Positions 42,050-50,832 of a stretch of DNA of 64,000 bases are shown here, piece by piece. Numbering within the stretch: the first letter of the stretch is position 1; each line of letters starts with the position of its first letter. Position numbers and translations under genes: made by a program. This stretch comes from Nitrosopumilus sp. (GTDB taxonomy: Archaea > Thermoproteota > Nitrososphaeria > Nitrososphaerales > Nitrosopumilaceae): the NCBI GenBank assembly GCA_965238275.1, contig OZ250186.1, forward strand, positions 864,001 through 928,000, in the 5' to 3' direction. A model generated the notes under the pieces. It had not been told where the DNA came from. It made no database searches and worked only from the letters and a program-made list of their open reading frames with translations.

Positions 42050-42790
42050 ATGGATCACATGGTTGATTCTCTTCTGCATGATGTGCAGAGACTAATGGAT
42101 ATAGGATTCGGGGATGACAGAATCCTGAGGCAGATCTACAGGGCGTGTAAGAACAACGAAGCCATCAGCAACTATGAAAGAAACTATGTCCGAACCCTGG
42201 TTGATGAACATCTTACCAAAAGTACCCAGATCCCCGAGCCCGAACCTGAAAAAGAGATACCGGCGCATCCTGGTGCCGTGGTTCCAAATCCGGCCCTGCC
42301 CCAACTGGTGGTGAAGACCAAGCCACAACGTGGTTTCAAAGGCATCATGTCCTGGTCGATGAGAAGAAAGCTCGTGCTTGGCATTGCAGCGTTACTTCTG
42401 ATAGGCACCATCACTGCTGCAGCATCATTTAACAGCACCACCGGTGGCGTTTTTCCACTCCCGCCTCCCCCCGTTGACCCTCCTCCTGATGTAATCCCCC
42501 CGCCGCCTCTAGAGATGCCGGCATTCTCTGTTGCAACCGATCTTGTGTCGTATGACAGGCTGGATCTTATCCTGATTAGCGGCGCATCCGTAGACTCTGA
42601 TGCCATTACACTCTCAATCGTAAGTCCGGACGGCCAGACTATCTGGGCTGAAACGGTATCCGTGCGGGACAACCGGTACTCGACTCTTACCATTGCAGGG
42701 GGTATGGGGTGGGATGATTCCGGGGTATATACACTAGAGGCATTCAACGGGGTCGACAGGGCATTTGGGGAGTTTACGTTTAATCCGTAG
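42050..42790 (+). CDS. Membrane protein with Pro-rich linker and Ig-like extracellular domain
   Basis: One TM helix, PPPP tracts, WDDSGVYTL C-terminus. Confidence 0.7.
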   Translation: MDHMVDSLLHDVQRLMDIGFGDDRILRQIYRACKNNEAISNYERNYVRTLVDEHLTKSTQIPEPEPEKEIPAHPGAVVPNPALPQLVVKTKPQRGFKGIMSWSMRRKLVLGIAALLLIGTITAAASFNSTTGGVFPLPPPPVDPPPDVIPPPPLEMPAFSVATDLVSYDRLDLILISGASVDSDAITLSIVSPDGQTIWAETVSVRDNRYSTLTIAGGMGWDDSGVYTLEAFNGVDRAFGEFTFNP

Positions 42791-42970
42791 GGTCTGTCAT
42801 GACAGGCATCTGAAAGTGCCGCCTGTCTGATAATAATACCATGTTGGCAGTGTTCCAGTCGCGTGCCAGAACCTCCCCGTCTGCGTGTCATGGCAAATCG
42901 CGCCATCGGGTTTAAAGTGATGCTCTCTGAGGGGCCGGCGCAATTGCATAATGCGGCATCATCACCATCA

Positions 42971-43201
42971 TCATCTGTAGCAAAACTCCCCGTCTGTTCC
43001 CCTGTACAGTACCAGGTATTCGTCGGGATTCTTTCTGTCCTTCTTTGCCTTCAGTGCATCCTGATACATCTCAAAATGCTCGATCAGGTACAGCTGGCCT
43101 CTGGAATCCGAAAGATAATCTATCCCGACCAAGGCAAACCCCGATTCCGGGGTAAGGCCTTCCCTGCCTACACCGAATTTGTCTGCAGTCAATTTACTCA
43201 A
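42971..43201 (-). CDS. Small hypothetical protein downstream of tbp
   Basis: ORF 7 nt after the tbp stop. Confidence 0.6.
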   Translation of the reverse strand: MSKLTADKFGVGREGLTPESGFALVGIDYLSDSRGQLYLIEHFEMYQDALKAKKDRKNPDEYLVLYRGTDGEFCYR

Positions 43202-43207
43202 GTGAGA

Positions 43208-43768
43208 CTAGTCGTAGATCATCAGATCCTTCTCTTCTAAAAGCGAGTGCAGATTGTGAACCGAGCGGAATACGTCTGATTCCTTCTTGGCCCCCGTGCA
43301 TACCAGCTTGCCGGATGCAAACAGCAGTATTACCGTCTTTGGGTCAAGCATCCTGTGGATGAGCCCCGGGAACTGCTCGGGTTCGTACATGCTTCTTGGC
43401 AGGGTCCTTGCAGCCTTTTCAAGGTGGATTCTTCCACACAGATTGATTGCAGCCACTATGTTCTGGACGGTAACCACTGCGTCGTTTTTTATCCTGATTC
43501 TACCCTTTCTGAGCTTCTGTACCACTGTATTTACAGCCTTGACTGCCATCTCCTCTGACTTGGCCCCCGTGCACACCATCTTACCGGTTCGAAATATCAG
43601 TGTGGCAGTCCTTGGTTCGGCCAGCCTAAAAACCAGTCCTGGAAACTGCTCTGGATGATACTCTGTGTCGGGAAACTTTTCGGTAATCTTGATTAGATCT
43701 ATCTTCTGTTCCACCGATGCGGATGCAACAACATTCTCTACATTTACAATTGGCTTGGTCTGGGGCAT
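43208..43768 (-). CDS. tbp: TATA-box binding protein
   Basis: Two repeats: NVVAS..YHPEQFPGL..LIFRTGKMVCTGAK / NIVAA..YEPEQFPGL..LFASGKLVCTGAK. Confidence 0.97.
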   Translation of the reverse strand: MPQTKPIVNVENVVASASVEQKIDLIKITEKFPDTEYHPEQFPGLVFRLAEPRTATLIFRTGKMVCTGAKSEEMAVKAVNTVVQKLRKGRIRIKNDAVVTVQNIVAAINLCGRIHLEKAARTLPRSMYEPEQFPGLIHRMLDPKTVILLFASGKLVCTGAKKESDVFRSVHNLHSLLEEKDLMIYD

Positions 43769-43969
43769 GACATCTCCTTTAAATATGCCCTTTATATATA
43801 CTAGTAAAATTTACCATTCAAGCCTCCCCATGGTCTGCAGATACGCACCATGAGCTGTTTGCTACTGCAGATGGGGATGGCACCTGTCATGCAGTTGCGC
43901 GACGCCGGGGGAATGCGGCCACTCCCAAAAGAGTCGCATGGGTGACTTGCCTTCCTGCAGGTGTTGCAC

Positions 43970-44374
43970 CTAGTACAGCTTGGTCTTCCTTGCAGCCATG
44001 TTGATCATGGCAAGCAGTGTGATGCTGGCTATGGTCTGGGATATGATCGAGGCGATGTACGGTTCTTGTCCAATGGTGAGCAGATAATACAGCCCGGCCC
44101 CTATCCCGAAGGAGAAGACGATCTTCTTCAGGTCGGTTCTGAGTCTTACCATGTCAGTCTTGCCGGACTCAAGCCGGTACTCCTTCCTGTTGTCGATATA
44201 GTATGATGTACTGAATACGGTGTAATAGACGACATATCCTAAAATCAGGGTATACGTGGAGTTCAGATAGTCCTCCTGTCCGCTTAGCGCCTCTGCGATC
44301 ACCGCCGAGAGCGAAATTGAGGCTATTAGGGATATGATGACATTCTTGTTGAGCATGAGATAACCTGTTACCAT
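43970..44374 (-). CDS. GtrA-like membrane protein, paralog of 14486-14923
   Basis: Shared motifs; about 9 aa shorter in the third helix. Confidence 0.65.
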   Translation of the reverse strand: MVTGYLMLNKNVIISLIASISLSAVIAEALSGQEDYLNSTYTLILGYVVYYTVFSTSYYIDNRKEYRLESGKTDMVRLRTDLKKIVFSFGIGAGLYYLLTIGQEPYIASIISQTIASITLLAMINMAARKTKLY

Positions 44375-44689
44375 ATCCCGTCTGCGATGATCCCCGATTA
44401 AATTGTTACCTGCTCATTCTGGTATAATCTCGGGTGCGGTCCGGAGCCATTCACGCAATCCGGGCATGCTGCCATGCAACAACTGCATGGATGGCATCAT
44501 GCACTGATGGAACCGGTTCCCAGAAAGCAAAAACGACCCTTCCCCAACAACAAGACTGCCGCCGATCCCCCCTCCATGCATCAGACGTTTGCGACTGTGC
44601 CTGTGTGGTGGTGGCGTCCCATCCACTGACTCTGGTAGATTTTGGTGATCAGATCACAAATTTACGAGCCCATCCACTCGTATCTGTGC

Positions 44690-46205
44690 TATAGACAAAA
44701 ACCAAAAGTTCATGCAATTTTTTGGGCACCTTTTTAAGAAAATAAATCCCAACTACAGGTATGATTGTCAGTAAAATCATCAAGATAACACAATCTCGGG
44801 AACTGTCACGCAAGATCGTGAAATGCTCCCGGGAAACAGACATCGTTTACGACATGACGATCATGATGAAACTTGCACACCCGGGGATCACACAGTTTGA
44901 TGTCAACAACCTGATAACAGGATGGCGCAGGGAATTCAACCTGACCAGCAGCGTCCGCATGCATGAGGCCGCCTCAAAGCAGGCTTTCCAGGCGGCAGTC
45001 AAATTCCGCAAGGCAAACCGGCTCAAGCACAACAAGCGCATCTGGCGCAAGACACAGATCAAGCTGGGGAAAAAGAAAACGTGCAAGCACAATCGGTGGA
45101 CCGAGCCGTCCAGCCTGATGAGGCGCGGCAGGAAAACAACCAGGCTGCGCTCGCTGAATTCACGCGCAAAGCCAAAACTGCGAGACAGTGGAGCCGTGTT
45201 TCTGCCCGGACTCGGGGAAGCAAGGCCACGCACGAAGGTTCCAGAAGGCAGGCTCGTGTCATTCCAGATGATTGACACCACAGGCAAGGTCACGCGTAAG
45301 ACCAAGGATGGTGATCGCGAATTCAAACTGCATTTGCAGATAGAAGTCCCAGACCCCGAACCCGCGACAGGCGGTGGCGGCGGCGGATGCAAGGCAGGGC
45401 TGGATCTTGGAGTCAGGCACCTTGCGGCAGTCGCAGACGAGCATGGGAACGAAAAACTGCACAATGTCCCCGGAGGCTGCAAGAGGCATGACGGCGACAG
45501 GATTGATCAGCTGAAATCACTTAGATCAAGATGCCATGCAGGTTCCAGAAGATGGAAAGAGATCGGCCGCAAGGTAACGCATGAATTGAAAAAGACATCA
45601 AACAGGCAAAAACACAACGAGGCCGACATTGCCAGGCGGATAACAAAAGGACTGTCCGTATTGTTCTTGGAAGATCTGGATTTGACCAAGATGAGGCGAT
45701 CCTGCGGGGCGGCTTCAAAGACGGGGTTGAACCGCGAGATGGCCTATTCCAGAATGGGCGAGTTCAGGATCCAGCTTGAATGGCAGATGAAAAAGAAAGG
45801 CGGAATTTCAAGACGCGTGGAACACGCACATACAAGCCAGAGATGCGCTGCCTGCGGGGTAGTGGACAAGAAATCCAGGAACGGCGAATCATTTGTCTGC
45901 GTCTCATGCGGATGGTGCCACCATGCCGACAAGAACGCGGCAAAAAACATTTTGGATAATGACTGTCTCCATACGGAGGAGACTGGCGGCCAAGCCCACG
46001 GGAATCGTGGAGGCACCATTGCAGGTGTCGAGGTCGTCACAAGGCGCGAGGATCACGGATCGGATAGTTCTGGAATGAACAATTCGACAGGTCGGCTTGG
46101 ATCCGGCAACGACGACAATATTGGAAGGTCTGACAGAGTGCCGGAAAGAGCATCAGGACATGCTACAGAGAGATCTGTTTGCACAAACTTTTGCTCGCCG
46201 CTATA
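44690..46205 (+). mobile_element. TIR-bounded TnpB element, copy 2 (uninterrupted)
   Basis: Ends TATAGACAAAAACCAAAAGTTCATGCAA / TTGCACAAACTTTTGCTCGCCGCTATA; both flanks C; no IS605 hairpins, no transposase. Confidence 0.8.
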
Positions 46206-46374
46206 CTCGTCAATAATCTGTCAGACACTACCATACTCATCAATGGCTGCCTTTGGCAGTTTGGCCTCAAAGAAGCCCAGCTGTCCTGCGTACGGAACGG
46301 GAGCCATGAATGTTCTGGGGTTTCTGAGCATGAACCCAAAGGCCCTTGCAGGATGGCCGTCTCCTGCATGGTGA
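44761..46374 (+). CDS. tnpB: TnpB RNA-guided nuclease (RuvC D-E-D intact); ORF reads through element end
   Basis: AGLDLGVRHL (RuvC-I), FLEDLDL (RuvC-II), TSQRCAACG/CVSCG Zn finger, HADKNAAKNI (RuvC-III). Confidence 0.92.
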   Translation: MIVSKIIKITQSRELSRKIVKCSRETDIVYDMTIMMKLAHPGITQFDVNNLITGWRREFNLTSSVRMHEAASKQAFQAAVKFRKANRLKHNKRIWRKTQIKLGKKKTCKHNRWTEPSSLMRRGRKTTRLRSLNSRAKPKLRDSGAVFLPGLGEARPRTKVPEGRLVSFQMIDTTGKVTRKTKDGDREFKLHLQIEVPDPEPATGGGGGGCKAGLDLGVRHLAAVADEHGNEKLHNVPGGCKRHDGDRIDQLKSLRSRCHAGSRRWKEIGRKVTHELKKTSNRQKHNEADIARRITKGLSVLFLEDLDLTKMRRSCGAASKTGLNREMAYSRMGEFRIQLEWQMKKKGGISRRVEHAHTSQRCAACGVVDKKSRNGESFVCVSCGWCHHADKNAAKNILDNDCLHTEETGGQAHGNRGGTIAGVEVVTRREDHGSDSSGMNNSTGRLGSGNDDNIGRSDRVPERASGHATERSVCTNFCSPLYSSIICQTLPYSSMAAFGSLASKKPSCPAYGTGAMNVLGFLSMNPKALAGWPSPAW

Positions 46375-46628
46375 AGACTGTCGTCTGCGCTGAGGGACTC
46401 TGCCGTGTCATACCTTTTCACATCATACAGCTCGGCCATTCCCACAATGGCGCCTGTGACCGGTCTTTTGTCAACGCCAAGCCTTGCACAGTCTGCCGTT
46501 CTTATCCTGAGGGGCGCATGCACAAGAAAATCGCCCCGGAACCTGGTGTTCCACACCCTCAGCTCAATGCTCTTTCTGCCTGATGTGATAAGATCTGCAA
46601 ACGGCTGGCATACTGAGAGACACTTCAA
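46221..46628 (-). CDS. ASCH domain protein
   Basis: LSVCQPFADLITSGRKSIELRVWNTRFRG, GAIVG, GQLGFF. Confidence 0.88.
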   Translation of the reverse strand: MKCLSVCQPFADLITSGRKSIELRVWNTRFRGDFLVHAPLRIRTADCARLGVDKRPVTGAIVGMAELYDVKRYDTAESLSADDSLHHAGDGHPARAFGFMLRNPRTFMAPVPYAGQLGFFEAKLPKAAIDEYGSV

Positions 46629-46632
46629 GGCG

Positions 46633-48174
46633 CTACTCTGTGGCCACTCTTACAAGCCTGCCCGGATTTATGCCCATTCCATCCGGGAGGTTGGTTATTC
46701 CGCCGGTAAGGCTCTCTGCGGCCACGCCCTTGTTTGTAAGTATGTTGACTGCCATGAGTGACGTGTTTCCTGCCATGCATACCAGCAGGGACTTGCCGCC
46801 TGTACCAAGGGATCCGGCAAGGTCTTCGGGAATCTGCTGCGTCATGAGCAGCCTTCCTATGGTGCTTGCCTTGGGTACTGTAATCCTTGACTTGTCCACG
46901 CCAAGCGACCTTGCAATAAGCTCCAGCCCCTCCTCCTTTGGAGTGTACTGGGTGTGAACCCATATTATGTTGTCATATTCGGATATGCCTGATGCGGCAT
47001 CCTGCAGGGAGACCTGGGTGCGGCGATCTTTCTTTGCGGCCTGCTCCTCCATGCTCTTTTTGTACTTTTGTATGCCGTCTGCCATTATTACTACGAATCT
47101 TGTACCGTTTCCAGAGTGCGCCATCCCTATTGCAGCATAAAGTGCCAGTGCGCTGCTCTCGCCTATGTCGTGGCCCTTGTCTACAAGGAACTTCAAAAGA
47201 GGCCTTGCCTGCTCAAAGTCGACCTCGTGTTCTCCTGCATATGACTCTGGCCTGTACAGGCCAAGTCCTCTTGCCTTGTCCCGGGTTCTGATGCCTGCAA
47301 CATCCTGGCCTGCAGGTGGAAATACCAGGTGCACGGATTTTCCCCCGTACGTGTCTTGGATGTATCTGTCAATTCCTCCCGACGTGCCTCCCGTGCCAAA
47401 TGCACAAAATACCTTGTAGTCGCCCAGCGACTGGCCGTCTGTCTGCAGCTGCTGGTCTATCTCTGCTGCGGTGATTCTCCTGTGCACCTCTATGTTCATC
47501 TCATTGTCGTACTGCTCAGGACAGAACATCCCGTATATCCTTGCAAGCACCTTTGCCAGGTTTATGATGTCTTGTGATGCAAGAAGTGCCTCTATCTCCT
47601 GGTATGACTCGTCAAAGGTTGCAGGATCAAAGCCCATCTCTGTCAGCTGTGAGCGTATGTTGGCAGCTGCTGCGCGCGCTGCAAGCATGTTCTGGCTGCC
47701 CTCCATTCCGGGTGCAGGACATACGTCCATGTCAAGATCCATTATGCGAATACTTCCGTTTCGAAGCTCCTCAAAGACTCCCTCCTGCAGCCTCCTTGAG
47801 ACCAGCGAGACTACAGTCAGTCCCATCTTGGCTATCTCCCCAAGGGCTATCCCGAAGTTGCCTGAGGTTGCCTCGATTACAGTCTGCCCGCCCTTCAGCT
47901 TTCCTGTGCTGATGGCGTCATGGATGATGTAGACTGCGGGCCTGATCTTGATGGAGCCTGTAGGCAGATTGGAGTCAAACTTGCCAAACACCCTCAAGTC
48001 GTCTGGCAGGCCCGTCTTGTAGATCCGCCTTGCACACTCCCTGAGATCCTCTGTAAGGTCAGTCAGGGGGGTCGCATTGACAATTCCTGCCTGTCCCTCT
48101 CCGGGATGTGGCATCCTGCTCCATATCCCCTGCTCAAACCGCTCAAGCAGATCCCCGTCTACATCTTCGCCCAT
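46633..48174 (-). CDS. PLP-dependent cysteine-synthase-like enzyme with C-terminal rhodanese-like domain
   Basis: PTGSIKIR (PLP Lys), EATSGNFG, GTGGTSGG, GESS; C-terminal LLVCMAGNTS..SLTGG. Confidence 0.82.
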   Translation of the reverse strand: MGEDVDGDLLERFEQGIWSRMPHPGEGQAGIVNATPLTDLTEDLRECARRIYKTGLPDDLRVFGKFDSNLPTGSIKIRPAVYIIHDAISTGKLKGGQTVIEATSGNFGIALGEIAKMGLTVVSLVSRRLQEGVFEELRNGSIRIMDLDMDVCPAPGMEGSQNMLAARAAAANIRSQLTEMGFDPATFDESYQEIEALLASQDIINLAKVLARIYGMFCPEQYDNEMNIEVHRRITAAEIDQQLQTDGQSLGDYKVFCAFGTGGTSGGIDRYIQDTYGGKSVHLVFPPAGQDVAGIRTRDKARGLGLYRPESYAGEHEVDFEQARPLLKFLVDKGHDIGESSALALYAAIGMAHSGNGTRFVVIMADGIQKYKKSMEEQAAKKDRRTQVSLQDAASGISEYDNIIWVHTQYTPKEEGLELIARSLGVDKSRITVPKASTIGRLLMTQQIPEDLAGSLGTGGKSLLVCMAGNTSLMAVNILTNKGVAAESLTGGITNLPDGMGINPGRLVRVATE

Positions 48175-48303
48175 GCCTCCAAGGCAGTCTGGGGCTCATA
48201 TAAAATATCTGCTGGCAGTGCGGTGGCAGGCGGCACACTCGCCGGCATCCTGCATGGCACCATGCCGCCTCCTCTCCTCCATTGTGCTGCTGCATGTGTG
48301 ATC

Positions 48304-49866
48304 TCACGCCTGCAGGATACTCATGACCTTGCCCGGTATGTCCCTTAGCCTGCTGACTGCCACGGTCTTCTCATAGCCCAGGTGCCTGAGGTTGCCTGCA
48401 ATCATGGTGGCCCTTACGGTGTTGGGGCCCAGGCCCAGCGCCACCATGCTGATTCCCAGACCCTTCAGCGTCTTTATCATGCCCCTTACGGCGTCCGGAT
48501 CAGACGGCTCCCCGTCAGTCAGGGTCAGGAGGATATCCGGGCTCCTTGTCTGCATGACTGGAAATATCCTGTCGTATATCTCTGCCAGCGGGGTGGAGCC
48601 GTTTGCAACTATCTGGGCCAGCCGCCTGGCAGCAGTCCTGTTCCACTTTGCGCCTTCCGGCTTTATCGACCAGCAGACGATTGACCTGCTCTGGGTGCTG
48701 AAGGCATACACGGCAAACCCCACCTTGAGAAAGGAGAGGACCTCGCAGAGGGCCAGTGTTGCCTTTTTGTACTCGAGGGCATCTGAGGATATGCTTGAGG
48801 AGTGGTCAAGCAGGATCACTATCCTTGTCCTGATGGACTTTCTTATGTCGGTAAGGAACGGGCTGCCCCCGTCGATGTAGCCCTCCTCGTCAAACTCGTC
48901 GCCGGCGCGCGCATGCTGTTCGGTCCATCCTGACTTCCACTCCCTCATCCTGGTCTTCAGGCCGCCTATGAGCCGCATGTCATACATTGCAGTCTCATCA
49001 ACATCCTTCCCCGAAGGCGTCTGGATTCCTACAGGCTCGGGGGCAAGCCCCTTGTTCTGATTCCTCTGCGTCTCGTCTAACAGTATCCTGTACTCGCCAT
49101 GCATGTCATCGCCCTTCATGACTGCATGCGGGTCTGCAGATCCAAAGTCGCCCTCCCTGTTGTCTGCGACGATCTTGATGATTCTTCTCAGCTCCTCCTC
49201 GGTGAGGGCCATGCCTGCCTTCATGAACGGCAGCGATACTGGAATGGTCATGAGCGAGTCAATCTCAAGTATCCTTATGATGCTGCCTACGTGGCCCTCG
49301 AGCCATTTGGTGTCGCGCTCCTCCCTGACTGCCTGGTCTGTGACCCTGCATGCATGGGATGCAGCCTCCCTGATCTTCTCAAGGCGGCTTGATTGAACCT
49401 CGCCTTTTATCGTGCCAAACATGAACTGCTGGTAAAACGCCTCTGCTATTCTTGCGCCTCCGTATACTGTGTGAAGCTGCGGCCTCTCTGCCAGCGTGCA
49501 TGCATAGTTGAAGATGATCTCCCCGTCCATTCCCCTCCACAGCCTTCTCCCAAGACCCTCCACCCTCCGGGTCTCCATGGCATTGAGGATGAACCCAAAG
49601 GCATGGTCATTGCTTAGAATCTTCTGGCAGTGTTTTGCCCTCATGGCCTCGTACCAGAGCGAGGCCCTGAACTGCCTGTACCTCTGAAAGTCATCACCGA
49701 TTCTCTTGTCCGGCGCCGTGATGATCACCCTGCTGTCTGCAAGGCTGGTTCTAGTCCCCACCCGATCCGATATCCGTACAGTCATGTCCTGCCTTCCGGA
49801 CCACCTTCGCACCAGAAACATCGCAATGTCCATCAGGGAGTCTCTCTGGAGCCGGATCGGCTGCAT
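48304..49866 (-). CDS. vWA domain protein (CbbO/NorD-like)
   Basis: MIDAS LLDHSSS, GSTPL, LTDGEP. Confidence 0.85.
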   Translation of the reverse strand: MQPIRLQRDSLMDIAMFLVRRWSGRQDMTVRISDRVGTRTSLADSRVIITAPDKRIGDDFQRYRQFRASLWYEAMRAKHCQKILSNDHAFGFILNAMETRRVEGLGRRLWRGMDGEIIFNYACTLAERPQLHTVYGGARIAEAFYQQFMFGTIKGEVQSSRLEKIREAASHACRVTDQAVREERDTKWLEGHVGSIIRILEIDSLMTIPVSLPFMKAGMALTEEELRRIIKIVADNREGDFGSADPHAVMKGDDMHGEYRILLDETQRNQNKGLAPEPVGIQTPSGKDVDETAMYDMRLIGGLKTRMREWKSGWTEQHARAGDEFDEEGYIDGGSPFLTDIRKSIRTRIVILLDHSSSISSDALEYKKATLALCEVLSFLKVGFAVYAFSTQSRSIVCWSIKPEGAKWNRTAARRLAQIVANGSTPLAEIYDRIFPVMQTRSPDILLTLTDGEPSDPDAVRGMIKTLKGLGISMVALGLGPNTVRATMIAGNLRHLGYEKTVAVSRLRDIPGKVMSILQA

Positions 49867-50658
49867 TCAACCACCGCCAAACATGGATGCTATGATGTCG
49901 CTTACCTTCTGGTGTTCTATGCCGCCCCACTGGGCGTATACGTTTCCAAATACAAATTCTGCAGCCTTTCTTGCAGGCATGCCGCCTTCAAGCAGCCGCC
50001 CAAATGCTATGGTCTCCCTCAGGCTTGGCGAGTAGAAGAGCTCCTCTACTGTCGCTGCCTCCCTGAGCGTGTTTGCAAGCCTGATGGCCTGGAGCAGTTC
50101 TTCATCGTGGCTGCCTGCTATGTGGCTCCTTGCAATCTCAAACTCCGTCTTCTCCGGGGGATACTCCAGCCTGATCCTTACTGGAAACCTGCTCAGAATC
50201 TGCGGCGGAAGCTCCTTTGTCCCGGTATGTGTCAGCGGGTTGATGGTTGCTGCCACAAACCAGTTGCTGTCTGCCCTGACGGTCTCCCCTGTGGACTCTT
50301 TTAGAACTATCTGCCTCCTGTCATCAAGTGCCTCGTCAAGCCTTAGCAGGACGTCTGCCTCTGCAGCATTAATCTCATCAAGATACAGCATGCCGCCCTC
50401 CCTCATCGATCTGGTCAGGAGCCCCTCCTCAAACGTGACGGTTCCGTCGTTGAGGGTCTTTGTTCCGATCAGATGGCTCTCCCTGGTTCGGAGGCTGAAG
50501 TTTATCGACTCGAGTTTCAGGTTCTTTCTGTCTGCAAACTCCCTGACCAAAGACGTCTTTCCGGTCCCCTTCGGGCCTATGATCAGCACGAACAGCCCGG
50601 CCTCGTAGGCCTTTTCAATAATACCAACAGAGTTGTTCCAGTCAAGATACTGCATCAC
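49867..50658 (-). CDS. MoxR-type AAA+ ATPase (CbbQ/NirQ/NorQ-like)
   Basis: GPKGTGKT, YLDEIN, ATINP, ILSRF, SPSLRE. Confidence 0.88.
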   Translation of the reverse strand: MMQYLDWNNSVGIIEKAYEAGLFVLIIGPKGTGKTSLVREFADRKNLKLESINFSLRTRESHLIGTKTLNDGTVTFEEGLLTRSMREGGMLYLDEINAAEADVLLRLDEALDDRRQIVLKESTGETVRADSNWFVAATINPLTHTGTKELPPQILSRFPVRIRLEYPPEKTEFEIARSHIAGSHDEELLQAIRLANTLREAATVEELFYSPSLRETIAFGRLLEGGMPARKAAEFVFGNVYAQWGGIEHQKVSDIIASMFGGG

Positions 50659-50832
50659 ACTGAGTCTGAGTGGGTTTGTTCGGTATTTAATGCTAGTTGG
50701 ACGGCATCACGCTCCTGCCAGGGATCACCGGGACTCTACCCGGATCCGTTCCGGCGCATGGCATCTCACTGGAATGTAAGACGGCATCCTGGCGCCTGCA
50801 GATGAAACGGGAACCGCCATAAGGTAGCCTGC

